A DNA stretch of 64,000 bases from Mobula hypostoma (lineage: Eukaryota). Shown in pieces: positions 12,460 to 24,799 of the stretch. Every line of letters starts with the position of its first letter. The stretch's first letter is position 1. Where the stretch lies: the NCBI RefSeq assembly GCF_963921235.1, contig NC_086109.1, positions 4,652,001-4,716,000 of the forward strand, in the 5' to 3' direction. The position numbers were made by a program, and so were the translations under genes. The notes under the pieces are model-generated. The model worked only from the letters and a program-made list of their open reading frames with translations, searched no databases and was not told the DNA's origin.

Positions 12460-12877
12460 TTGACAGTCCCAGGGGAAGATAGCTTGGAAGAGGCCTTTGA
12501 TAGGAAGCTCTCCAAGTACGCAGGACTGGTCAGCAACTGCCAGCAGGCTGGATGGAGAGTGAGGTGTCTCCCAGTGGAGGTTGGTTGTAGGGGATTCGTA
12601 GCCTGTTCCTTAGTTACAGCCTTCAGCATTTTGGGCATTGAGGGAGAAAGGAAGAGGAGAGCCATCCGCAGCACCACCGATGCGGCAGAGAGGGCCTCAA
12701 GATGGCTGTGGCTCAAAAGAGGGGAGCCATGGAGTCATAAGTAGCTAGCCATCTGGATACAAGCTGGGGTCTGATCAGCCCCGGCTGGGTCACCTGGAGG
12801 AGGTTGTATGATGTTGAAAGACCCGAAACACCCGGTGGTTCCAGGAACATCACTGAAGATGTGTCCAGAAGCATCAA
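12460..12877 (+). mobile_element. 3' end of a restriction-like-endonuclease (REL; R2 group, HERO-like) non-LTR retrotransposon
   Basis: LTVPGEDSLEEAFDRKLSKY...PVEVGCRGFV...AAERASRWLWLKR, stop at 12744, then a structured 3' UTR. Confidence 0.8.
12787..12859 (+). ncRNA. Rearranged hammerhead-like RNA motif in the REL-LINE 3' UTR
   Basis: GGGTC/GACCC, CCTGG/CCAGG, GGTTGT/ACACCC (5 of 6 pairs), TGATGTT/AACATCA, with GAAAC and CTGAAGA core segments. Confidence 0.6.
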
Positions 12878-13327
12878 TGGATGTATGTACACAGCACATA
12901 CCTCCATATCCCCTCATTCTCCTGCTCTCCAGTGTCCTAACCAATTCAAACTTTCCCTGTAACTCAAATCATCTATGATCTGCTAAATGCTGAAGTTCCG
13001 GCTAGATCCCTGTGACATATCACTGCTTAAACCTTCATTACAGGTCCAAAACTTTGCTATTTCTTTCTTCACAGATGCAAGTGTATTCTGGGTTTCCGGC
13101 ATCTGTGTTTTCAACCTGCATTTTTGTGACATAAAAGCAATGATAGGTCTCATTTTGAAACATAACCTACATTCATTTTATTCTTTAATTTCAGAAGTTG
13201 AATTTTTAAAAGTTTGTAGGAGTGAAGAGCAGCAGGTAAACGGTCACCAAAACACAATTTTTTAAAATCATACTGCCTCTCAATTCAGATCCAGTTTTAC
13301 CCTCTATTATTGGAAATGTTTACTCAC

Positions 13328-13513
13328 GTGGTGTGCAGCTGGGTGGTGGGGGTGAAAAATTGCTGTCCTCTCCACATACAATGAGACCATCGCCTTCCAT
13401 CTCATAACCTTCTTTACACCGGAAAATGACTTGATCCTGATATTTATAAGTAGATTTGTATGGCGATGCCACGATAACATTGTCAGGAAAATCCGGAAGT
13501 GGACATTTAACAT
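13328..13513 (-). CDS. Gene A, CCP4 exon
   Basis: 186 nt, phase 1-1; VKCPLPDFPDNVIVASPYKSTYKYQDQVIFRCKEGYEMEGDGLIVCGEDSNFSPPPPSCTP; GTGAGT donor. Confidence 0.9.
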
Positions 13514-14331
13514 CTGGTAAAATAAAGAACTTCTTGCTGTTAGGTATCCTAATGAATTCACAACACAAATAAAATAGTAAGAATAAAGTTTTAATTTTAA
13601 ATTCAAAGCACTTAAAGGCACAAAAACACTTTGCTGAACTAAAACAGATCACGAAGCAGCATCTCGTGCAGATGCAGACCGTTCAATCAGAATGCCCACT
13701 GTAACTTTGTGCTCTGCTGCTGGACCTCACTGGGAGTCCTCAGAGCTGCTGAGAGGAAGTGCCACCCCTCCACATTCACTGACTTGCTGCCCTTTCCCGA
13801 AAACCTAACCTGCTTCTATCCTGTTCAATCTTCACCGAAACTACTCAGTGCATTGCCCTGACAACCTTTCACCACTAATATAAGACCATATGATATAGGA
13901 GCAGAAATAGGTCGAGTCTGCTCCAGCATTCCTGGCTGATTTATTATCTCTCTCAACTCCATTCTCCTGCCTACTCCCCATAACCTGTGATGCCTTTACT
14001 AATCAAGAACCCATCAATCTCTGATTTAAATATACTCAGTGAATTAGCCTCCACTGCTCTTTGTGGCAATGAATTGCACAAATTCACCACTCCATAAGGA
14101 ACCTCCTCACCTCTGTTCTAAAGGGATGTCTTTCTATTGTATAGCTGTGCCCTCTGGTCCTATACTCACCCATTATTAGAAACATCCTCTCCATACCCAC
14201 TCTACGCTTATAACCCTGATAAGTGTCACCCTTCCCACTGATGCCTGATACACAGGGTGTGTCAAGCATTTTCCAGTTTTATTTCAGATTCCTAGCAACT
14301 GCAGTTCCTACTTCTGATGGGAAAGTGGAGT

Positions 14332-14960
14332 TACAAAATACACATGGACTAAGATGTTAACTGTCCTGTGCTATCACCAGTGGGATCATCAGTTGATCTG
14401 CCACCTGTCTTCAGGAGCTTCGGCCCGCTTATGATCAAGACTCCCTCGAGGTGGCGGGCCAGCAGTGCTAAAGCACCACATCCCACTGGTAAGCTTAAAA
14501 ACTTGGCATCTGCCTCTATCAGAGTTGTTGGTCACTTCCATTCAACAGATAGTCTACTCTACAGGTGTCTATGCAACTACTGAAGAGTTTGCAAGATATG
14601 TATACACGGTCTGACTATCTGCCCCTCTGGACATACTTGGTCCACACCCATGCTGATCCTTTCTCTGCTGCCTCAGCTACAGCCCTGCTGGTTGACTTGC
14701 TCTCTGTTCTAGTGAAGCCAAGGTCACACAGCCACTTCTGGAGAGTGAACGCAATAAACCCACGGCAGCCTACTTTGAATGGATAGCATGAGACCTTCCA
14801 CCTCTATCTCTGCACTCTGATGTTAACTCTGCATACTTGGTTAACTTGCGCTCATGGGCTTCATCGATGTTGTCTTCCCAGGGGACTGTGAGTTCACCAA
14901 TAACCGCTTCTCTACTGATGTCAGACCATACGATTATATCTGGACGCAATGTTGTGAAAG
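14332..14960 (-). mobile_element. 3' end of a second, divergent REL (HERO-like) non-LTR retrotransposon
   Basis: Minus strand reads TTLRPDIIVWSDISREAVIGELTVPWEDNIDEAHERKLTKY...VGCRGF...AAEKGSAWVW, then a structured 3' UTR. Confidence 0.82.
14386..14460 (-). ncRNA. Rearranged hammerhead-like RNA motif, second family
   Basis: GGCCCGC/GCGGGCC, CACCT/AGGTG, GGAGT/GCTCC, TTGATC/GATCAA, with GAAG (for GAAA) and CTGATGA. Confidence 0.6.
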
Positions 14961-15269
14961 CTATTTACTCCGGGAAACTGCCTTTCCTGTCCAAGTCAGC
15001 CTTAAACTAGTCAGAACTACATGAAACAGTAACACATCCAACCTGGGAGACAGATCTGACTCCAGGTGAGTGGGAAACCCTTCATAATAAGGGCACACTC
15101 GAGAGTGAAGCAACTTGTAATGACCAGCAAACCACCAGTGGAAAAACCCTCTTAGGGCAGGCAAATCTGGTTGCCTCACACTTGAAGTAATGCCCAGTTC
15201 TGGTTGTCATACCATTAGAAAAACAGTGCACTTGGATTGCTGAAAATTTGAGCAGCTGGTCGAGCTGAA

Positions 15270-15730
15270 GAAAATTACCAGAAGTTGGAGAAATCAATGT
15301 TCATGCCATCAGGTTGAAGTTTACCTCAACAGACTATGAGGTGTTGTTGCTCCAACCTGATAGTGGCCTCATTGTGCCAGAAGTGGCGACCACGGACTGA
15401 CATCCCAGAATGGAAATTGGAATTAAAATGGTTGGCCACCAGGAAATTCTGCTTTTTGTGGATAGAGTAGAGGTGCTTGACAGAGCAGTCCCCCAATCCA
15501 CACCAGGTCTCACCAATTCAGAGGAGACCACGCCGGGAGCACCTGATATAGTCGGCAACCTCAATAGATTCACAAGTGAAGTGCTGCCTCAGCTGGAAAC
15601 AAGTTTGGGGTCTGGATTGGGCAGGTGTAGCACTTGGGCTGCTGGCAGGAGTAAGAGTGAGGAGGGAAATTAGTGCGGAGGGATAAATGGTCAAAGGAAT
15701 GACAGAGTGAACAATCCCTGTAGAGAGCAG
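15270..15730 (-). mobile_element. Penelope-like element fragment
   Basis: Degenerate homology to 37480-37900 (RQHFTCES; gttgctccaacctg). Confidence 0.65.
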
Positions 15731-16318
15731 CACATTGTCTTTATTGTTTTAGCATTTGATTCACTTGCATACTGCCCAACCAAAGCCCTTCCCCGTCACC
15801 CCAATGCTTTCATTTGAAGCCCACTTACCTCTAGTTTTCCCATTCTGATGAAGCAATCAACTGAAATTTCTCAGATGCCATCCAAGTAGCTGGCTTTTGT
15901 GGGTTTTTTAAAAAAATAAAATACTTTTAATATTGGAGATCTACAAAGTGTAACAAACAGAGTGTTCTTTGTTCCTCTACACAGATGCTGCCTCACCTGC
16001 TGAGTTCCAGCACCATTTTGAGTGCCTTACTCTGGATTTCCAGCATCTGCACAATCTCTCATGTTTAGATTGTTCTCTGTTTCGCTCTGACAGATCTCCA
16101 ATATTAACAGTAGCTTGGAGAAAGACTTGTTTTATGGGATTCAGTTTAAACAAGCCAGAAGGACATAGAGCTAGAAAACTGACTCGATACACAGAATCGG
16201 AAAATCATCATATAATTCCATCAAGGAAGCAGAACTGACTGCATGCAGAAATACAAAACTAAAACACTAAATATGTTTAAAATGGTAATTAAAACAGGTT
16301 TCATTTTCAGTTCAGTAC

Positions 16319-16501
16319 CTTTGCACTTTGGAAAGGGATGATTCCACCTTCCATCACTTTTACAGGTAAGCTTACGTTCACCGATCAATGAGTAGTCGCC
16401 AAGGCATGAAACTGTGGCCACCATTCCGTATTCCCATGACGCTGCAGAAGGGCTTAATAGTCTTCCATTCTCAATGGCCGGAATGTCAGGACATTTAATA
16501 A
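16319..16501 (-). CDS. Gene A, CCP3 exon
   Basis: 183 nt, phase 1-1; IKCPDIPAIENGRLLSPSAASWEYGMVATVSCLGDYSLIGERKLTCKSDGRWNHPFPKCK. Confidence 0.9.
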
Positions 16502-18652
16502 CTGGCAACAGATGCACTTTAGTTAATGCCCAGAGCAGACCATCACATCACACCTTTAACTTCATGGTTAAAAATCAAACCGGGTCAGTAAAAGTTCAAC
16601 AGCACTCTATTGCAATGTAGCGCTTCAGAATACAGGCTAATCTCATCCTCCCCAATGCACATTCAAAACCCCATGACCACGTATCCACCCTTCACAATCT
16701 TGGCACCCACTGTAAACTTAGACCAACTGATCCCCAGGGGTACAGACACATACACAGCAGCACAGTGGTCAATATAATACGTTACAACGTCATCAATCGG
16801 GATTCAATTCTGTCGCTGTCAGTAAAGAGTTTGTTACGTTGTCCCTGTGACTGAGTGGGTTTCCTTCAGGACCTCCAGTCTCTTTCCACAGTCCAAAGAT
16901 GTCTGTATTCTGTCAGTGACAAACAGAAGAGATTCTGCTGATACTGGAAATTTTGAGTGACACACAGGAAATTCTGGAGGAGGTCAGCGGGTCAGGCAGC
17001 ATCCATGTAGAAGATTAAACAGTTTACATTTCGGGCTGAGACCCTTCGTCAGGATTAGGTACAGGCGTCTTCATCCTCTCCAATACACAGTCAGACCCTT
17101 ATGACCAAGTGTATCTACCTCTCACAAACTTGGCATTCACCATGACCTTAGACCAACTGACCATGAGGATGTTGCTGAGATTGGAGAACTTTATTTATGG
17201 GGTAAGATTGGACAGGCTGAGCTTTTTCCCCTGGAGTTAAGAAAGCTGAAAGGGTGAAGCAATAGATGTGTCTAAGATTATAGGAGGCATAGATAGGCTG
17301 GATAGTCAGCTCTTTTTCCCATTGTAGTGGTGTGAAAACTGTGAGGGCACAGGTTTAAGGTGAGAGGAAGGAGATCCATCAGGGAGTTTTGATGTTTACG
17401 CAGAGAATGGCTTATATCTGGAACTCAGAGCATGGCAGTGGAATCACTGCAGTCACTACTTTTAAGAGCTATTTTGACAAGATACAAACATGCAAGACAT
17501 AGGTAATAAATTATTGGAATTCATTGCTACAGACAGCTGTGGAGGCCAAGTCAGTGGGTATATTTAAACCTGAGGTTGATAGTTTCTTGATTAGTCATGT
17601 GGTCAAAGGTTATGGGCAGAAGGCAGGAGAATGTGGCTGAGGGGGATAATAAACCAGCCATGATGGAATGGTGGAGCAGACTTGATGGGCCAAATGGCTA
17701 AATTCAGTTCCCATCTGTAATTCAGCTAATGCAGGCCAATGGGATTCACGTGCATGGTCAAACTTGCCAGCATGGACAAGCTGGGCTGAATAGTGCAGTT
17801 CTGTGCTGTTCTAATTTATTACTCTTAGAAAGAAATCCAAGGCCTGTCTCTTCGTTTGATATACAGTAGAATTATGAAGCAATTATTTCCAAATAGTTCA
17901 GGCTTTAATACGATTAGGGCATTTTCAATGATCAGAAGAATTCAATGAAAAATTTGAACCATCTCTTTGTACTTCTTCCTATTTGTGGCATAACATGTCT
18001 GTCCTTGCTCTTACACTTTCCCAGAGGCCTCAACACCACTCCTTTCTGCTCGCACAACCAGTGGCCTGCAGATATCATGAGCCATTCTCCCATCCCCTCC
18101 CTCCTTCACCTGCTACCCTCCAGGGAAACAACATTCGCAAACGACATTGTCCACATTAGGTCCTGTAGAACAGCCAGCACCATTACAGAAAGCTCCTTCC
18201 CAATCCCACTCAAACACCAGAGAGCAATGAAAGGCTAGAAAGAACACCGCATACTTCTAAACCGGAGAGCAAGAGGTACTCTGAAGGGGAATAATAACAG
18301 AATAGGAAGCGAGAAATAAAGGCGCCCAGTAAAAGAACATCAGTCACAGCTAGATGGCTAATGGCCTCAGATTGTTGACCAGTACTGAGGGTATGATACT
18401 GTAGTTTCAGCCCATCACCTCCACCACCATTAGATTTCTGAATGGACAATGAACCCATGTACACAACATCATTTTATTTCATTTTACACTACTTACTTAA
18501 TGTAATTATATTTATACACACACACAAAGTACTGGAGGAACTCACTCAGCAGGCCAGGCAGCATCCATGGAAAAAAATAGTTGACATTTCAGGCTGAAAC
18601 CCTTCGGCAGACTACACCACTGATATTAAACCCGTTTCTAATCTCTGCTCAC

Positions 18653-18726
18653 CTTCACATGTAGGTACCTGGCCACCCCATCCAGCAGCTTCACACAACC
18701 GGTAATCTCTACCCACCAGAGTATAT
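18653..18726 (-). CDS. Gene A, CCP2 second half (split exon)
   Basis: 74 nt, phase 2-1; YTLVGRDYRLCEAAGWGGQVPTCE; TAG acceptor, GTGAGC donor. Confidence 0.9.
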
Positions 18727-20452
18727 CTAAAGAGGCGACAAAATTTTTAAAAATCATCTCAGAGAAGCTTGAAGTTAGAGCAATGTTATCAGGAAGAGAA
18801 TTAGTAATTATATTCCATTAATTTGAAATTATCACATGATTTTAAAAGAAAAGAGGAAGATGTGTAGCTACATTGCCAGATGGTAAAATATTAAGTGAGT
18901 GATCTGTAACACAACCATCCAAGATCAGTGACAATATTTCTCCTATTGTGGGAAAAATATTGGCATGAATTAAATGCTGACTTTTCATTTCTATTTTAAG
19001 AGACCACGTGACGGAACAAATTCAGATTAACACAGAACATGCTGGAGCAACTTAGCAGGTCAGCTGGCATCTGAGCAGATACAAACCCTTTATTAAATCT
19101 AATAAAAAATCTCAGCCCAAAACATCAACTGTTTATCCTTCAGATATTGCCTGACCTGCTGACTTCCTCCAGCATTTTGTGTGTGTTGCTCAGGAATTTC
19201 AGCACCTGCAGAATCTCGTGATCCTCATTCAGTTTAACTATGAAGGGACTAATGTCCCTAAGGAGGTGTAAAATTTGTTTGAATCAGACAACCGACTTCC
19301 CAATGGTAACAAATCCATGACACTTACAGGAGCCGAGTGGCCAAGTTGGACAAATGTCACAAAGTGCAAATGGAGACACTCACACTGAGGTGCTCAACAG
19401 CAGCAAAACCGGGGATGTCATTTATTTATTAATTTTATTTAGGAACAGCCCTGGCCACTCAGTTACAGCCATCTGTCCAATCAACCTACTAACCCGTACA
19501 TCTTTGGAACACGGGAGGAAATCGGAGCACCCGGAGGAAATCCATGCAGTCCTGGGGAGAATGTACAAACTCCTTACACACAGCAGTGAGAATTGAACCC
19601 AGGTTACCGATGTTTTAAAGTAATACCCCAACCACAATTTCCCAATTATTGGATATTAGCAACTCTGGGAAGGTCAGTGTTTATTGCTTTTCTCCATTGC
19701 CTGTGAGAAAGTGATGGAGTTGTCATCCTGCAGGTGAAGTTGTTCAACAGCAGTATGAGATGAGGAGATAGGCACGGAGCAGTAAAGCTGATCAACAAGT
19801 CCCCCATCGAGACCACCCCGCCACACCTCCAAACGCCACTGCTTTATCATTTCCTGACTGTCAGCTGATGTGCAGACACTGCTGTACCATTACTCTACGG
19901 ACACACAATCTATGCATAGAAACTATCTTAAGTATTTATATTCATTGTATTTTTTATTATTGAGTTCTTTGTCTCAATGTTTTTATTTGGTGCTGCATCA
20001 GATCTGGAGGAACAATTATTTCATTCTCCTTTAGACTTGTGTACTGGAAATGACATTAAATAATCTTGAATCTTGAATGCAGGCTCTTGGGCATGACTGT
20101 CCCATGCTGGTCAAGGTGCCCATCTAGGCTCATCCCATATCCCTGTGTTTGGCCCATATCCCTCTAAACCAGGAGTTCCCAACCCTTTTTATGCCACGGA
20201 CCCCTACCATGAACCAAGGGGTCCATGGACCCCAGACTGGCAGCCTCTGCTCTATCATGTAGCTGTCCAAGTACTCCTGTTAATGTACCACCCTTACCCA
20301 CTCCTTTCCAACAGCTAATCCCATATGCTGTCCAGCTTCTCGGTTTTGCCGCACCTCCTGTTCTGATGCTGATATGGAACACTATTGCAATAATGTGTAA
20401 ACTGAAATATTAACTCAACTCTTTTCTTTCAATCAAGTACGTGAATACTCAC

Positions 20453-20546
20453 CCTTCATTACAATAAAACGTAATCTTACTTCCAAAAGTATTATCACCC
20501 TCGTAATACCCATTCATAATTTCCCCTGGACTTCCACAGCTCTTTG
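20453..20546 (-). CDS. Gene A, CCP2 first half (split exon)
   Basis: 94 nt, phase 1-2; KSCGSPGEIMNGYYEGDNTFGSKITFYCNEG; split within the Gly codon after the second Cys, as in RCA split-CCP exons. Confidence 0.9.
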
Positions 20547-21045
20547 CTGAACAAAAAAAGGGAGAAAAGCCAGGATGTTACAAAGTGTTGATATGACTTC
20601 ACAATACAATTCACTGAAATGTAAGAGAAACACAAAACTGATGCATACTTCTTCCAGATCGTTCTAAATATTACTTAATTTCAAAGTTCGAGGTGAACAA
20701 GTTAATTTATTCAAGACATTAAACTCCTCAGGAAATTACAGTGACATTTTACCCTTCATTAAATTAATCTTGACATTATTGTTCATAAAATGAGCTCTTC
20801 CAAAATTTCAATTTGCTTTTTCTTACTGAGAATTGAAGCTCAGAGTAGCAGGTTTTCACTCTTGTGTCTAAAAGGCAGAGGAGCACACTTAAGAACTAGG
20901 TTTGTGTCAGGAAGTGTCTGACTCCCTTAAACCACACACCAGCTAACTTACTTCAGTCCTGGAGAGGATGGGGACTGAGAAAAGATGCAGATTGCAAAAT
21001 GAGAAACGTTATTGAGTGAGAAAGGGTTAGTTATTGAGTACTTAC

Positions 21046-21234
21046 GTGTACAGGTGGTTTGTAATGGTTCCCAAACACCTTCATTACAAGTAATATATCT
21101 GGGAGTGAATTGACGAAAAGTGTAACCAGGGTTACATACGTAAAAGACCTTGGATCCACTCGCAAATGTATCCTGCTGACGATACCTCTGTTCTAGTAAG
21201 CCATTTTCTAACCTTGGCGGCTGGTTACATTCCC
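21046..21234 (-). CDS. Gene A, CCP1 (sushi) exon
   Basis: AG/GTAAGT boundaries, 189 nt, phase 1-1; GECNQPPRLENGLLEQRYRQQDTFASGSKVFYVCNPGYTFRQFTPRYITCNEGVWEPLQTTCT has the 4 Cys and conserved Trp. Confidence 0.9.
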
Positions 21235-23269
21235 CTTAAAAAAGAAAGAATTGCCCTTTTTAATTTGTAACAACCAACACAAGAGATGCGTGCCAGAAAA
21301 AGACTCTAAGTTATTTTCCTTGCATCTAGTTCAATGATTTTTGGCAATTTTTTTTAATAGTTTGTTGATGCCAAATACTGAAATGTATGATACTGGAAAC
21401 AAAGTCAAATTAAACATGAATACAAATACAGAAACAAATAGCAATGTTTTCTCAGCAAACTCAACAGTTGACACCGTTATTCGGATTGAAGTCTATCACT
21501 GACTCTAAAGGAAAGACCTCCTCTCCTGCAAACAGTGTCGCTACACTAGCTGAGGAGCTAAACAACTGCTTTACTCAGTTTGACAGGGACAACAACAGGG
21601 ATCAAGGCCTTGGCACACGCAGAGCACCTGGACCAAATGGCAGCTCCAGAAGGACTATTCCTACTGAAATCTGTAACACCTTCCTGCCTCTTGCTGAGGT
21701 GCCTGCATGCTTCAAAACATCAACCATTATACCAGTCAGAAGTAACTGACTACAGACTGGTTATGCCTCACATTAAGAACACCATCCCTGCTTACTCTGG
21801 ACCAGCACCAGTTTGTCTAGAAAGCAAACAAATCAACAGCAGGCTCCATTGCTCTCCACACTGCACTGGAACGCCTGGAGCATTAGGACACCTACACAAG
21901 AATACTTTTTAATCAACAAGAATTCTGCCCTTAACACCACACTACCCCAACAAGTTGACCGTAGACTACACATCAGTATAGTAGGGAAAGCTCAGTAATG
22001 CCTGTACTATTTTCAGAGTTTAAAGAAAGCAAATCTGCTCCAAGAGCTGCTGGTAAACCTTTAACGATGTGTAATTAAGAGTATACTGACCTACTGTATG
22101 ACAATATGCAGGTCTGTAATATCTGTAACTCTGAAGTCTTTATGGATTTATAACTTTTGTAAAGTGTAATGTGACAAAATGGAACCTGTGTGATCTCAGA
22201 GTGCTTTGCTGGTTTGGATGGAGGCTTACAAGAAATGTGTGTAGTTTATAGTGTGGGGTGTTTATGGTAGGGAATGTTCTGACAATAGAGTAAAACAGGA
22301 CACAGCTCTCATGGGAGGGGGTGGGGGAAGAAGCCTCAAATGACAAATGGACTGATTAAAGACATATGCGACAGATGCAGATAAGAAAGGAATACTACTT
22401 TGGGATGGAACAACCTCAAATACATGAAGTTGATGAATCACTGGACTTTATAAATGTATAAAAGTGATTTGCTTTGAGCTGCAAGATTGAAGCTACCTTC
22501 TAATGACTTGAAGTATGGAGGTAGACCTTCCCTTGCAAATCCACTCTAAGTTTGTAGTTTGCTACTATATATTAGAAGATGTAGCTGAACAGTACATGAC
22601 ATATGGTATACTAGCTGCAACAAGATCGACCAAAAAGCCCTTCAATGAGTGATCAAGACTGCACAGAACATTACTGGGTCACAACTACCTGATTTGGAAA
22701 CCATCTACAACTTACGACGGGTTTGCAAAATCATGATCAACTCATCCCACCCCAGTAATAACCTGCTCAACCTCCTACCATATGGCTGGAGATACGGAAA
22801 CATCTCTGCATGGACATACAGACTGAAAAACAGTTTTTCCCCCAGGGCTGTGGTGCAACTGAACAATGACACCCCCCCCCCCCACAACACCCAGCCTTTA
22901 TCCCTTAGGCACTATGGGTAATCTCAAAGTGCAATACATGGCCATAATTCCTGAAGCAATTTTATATATAATTATTGCATTTTATAACATGGGCACGTGC
23001 AACACTTGAATGGGACGGCCACCATTTCTTTTAATTTTAGAGTGGTTTGCTTTTATTTCAGTTGTAACTTAGATGTTATTTCAAAGTCAAGACATTATTT
23101 TAAATGTAGTCATTGTGTTTTCAGTAATTGAACAGCCAATTTGCTGTTTTACAGTGAATGGAGCAGCACTGCAATCTCGTCATCCTCAGCAACGACAATA
23201 AAACTCAAATTAACTCTACAGGACCAAAAGCTACAGCAGTCATACACAGGACCAAAAGCTACAGCAGTC

Positions 23270-23862
23270 ATAGGGGACACCTTGGCCATGACAACAAATA
23301 CACTCAAAAACTTCTGTAGTTGTACCGTGGAGAGCATCTGACAGGCTGCATCACTGTCTGGCATGGGGGGTGGGGGGCTACTGCACAGGACCGAAAGAAT
23401 CTGCAGAGCGTTATAAATCTAGTCAGCTCCATCTTGGGTACCAGCCTACAAAGTATCCAAGACATCTTCAAAGAGCAGTGTCTCAGAAAGGCAGCATTCA
23501 TTATTAAGGACCTCCAGCACCCAGGGCATGCCCTTTTTTCACTGTTACCATCAGATAGAAGGTACAGAAGCCTAAAGGCACATACTCAGCGATTCAGGAA
23601 CAGCTTCTTCCCCTCTGCCATCCAATTCCTAAATGGACATTGAACCCTTGGACACTATCTCACTTATTTAATATACAGTATTTGTTTTTTGCAGGTTTTT
23701 AAAATCTATTCAATATATGTATACTGTAATTGATTTACTTATTTATTATGTTTTAATTAATTTATTATTATTTCTCTTCTATAGTATGTATTGCATTGAA
23801 CTGCTGCTGCTAAGTTAACAAATTTCACGTCACATGCCGGTGATAATAAATCCGATTCTGAT
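23270..23862 (+). mobile_element. Rex/Babar-like LINE, 3' end
   Basis: TGCITVWHG, HPGHALFSLLPS.RRYRS, RFRNSFFP; AATAAA-..GATTCTGA tail. Confidence 0.8.
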
Positions 23863-24799
23863 GCGGCGAGTTAGAATGCTGTCCAGGGCACATCTATAGA
23901 AATTTGTCTTTGAATACCAAATCTCCTCAACCTCCTAATGAAATATAGCCACTGTCATACTTTCATTGGAACTGCTTCAATATGTTGGGTCTAGGATAGA
24001 GCCTCAAGAGATACTGACACCCAGAAACTTGAAATTGCTCACTCTCTCCACTTCTGATCCCTCTATGAAGACTGATGTGTGTTCCCTCATCTTACTCTTT
24101 CTGAGGTCCAAAATCAATTCTTCATCTTGCTGATATTGAGTGCAAGCCAGCATATGGCACACTTGTGTTAATCAGACAGGGGACTGACTACCAGGGAAGG
24201 CATGTCATGTTACAGTTGCCCAACTCCACACTTGGAATGTTGAATGCAGATCTGGACACAGTGGCATTATGTGGATGTGATTATGTGAGAGAGAGTGAAG
24301 AAAAGATTCAGGAGGATGTTGCCAAGTCCCAAACAGGTGTCTGGAAAACTTCCCCTGACCTGATGTAGCATCTCAATCTGAAACATCCACCAGACCCCGT
24401 TGCTCCATCAATACAGCCTCACCGACTGAGTTCTTCTAGCAGTTTGAAATTGGTTCATAAATGATACTTTTGTCATCAGCAGCAAAATAATAATAACAGA
24501 TGAAAGGGATCCAGTGAATATCGAAACCAGACTGAGTCAGTCACCACAGCCGCTGGGAAACAGATGTGAGAAAGTAACACCACAAAACTTGGGCTCAGCT
24601 CAGTGAAGCTAAGAAACATCAAGATACAGCTGAGCGACTCTCTGTCACCGTACACAACACAGGAACTGTGCTACCGTCAGACAGATCGTTCGGAACTGAC
24701 TGCTAATGCTCCACTGCCGCCATGTAGCAGCGAGCTCAACACGCAACCTGTCCTATTCCACTCCCTAACCGCAAACACCTGGGCCTGAACACCTACTGG

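Larger units (their letters stand above)
18084..23250. repeat. Segmental duplicate, copy 1 (paralogous to 977-7530)
   Basis: Identical ORF-track peptides at both loci (2311..2553 = 19354..19596; 1103..1357 = 18210..18464). Confidence 0.92.
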
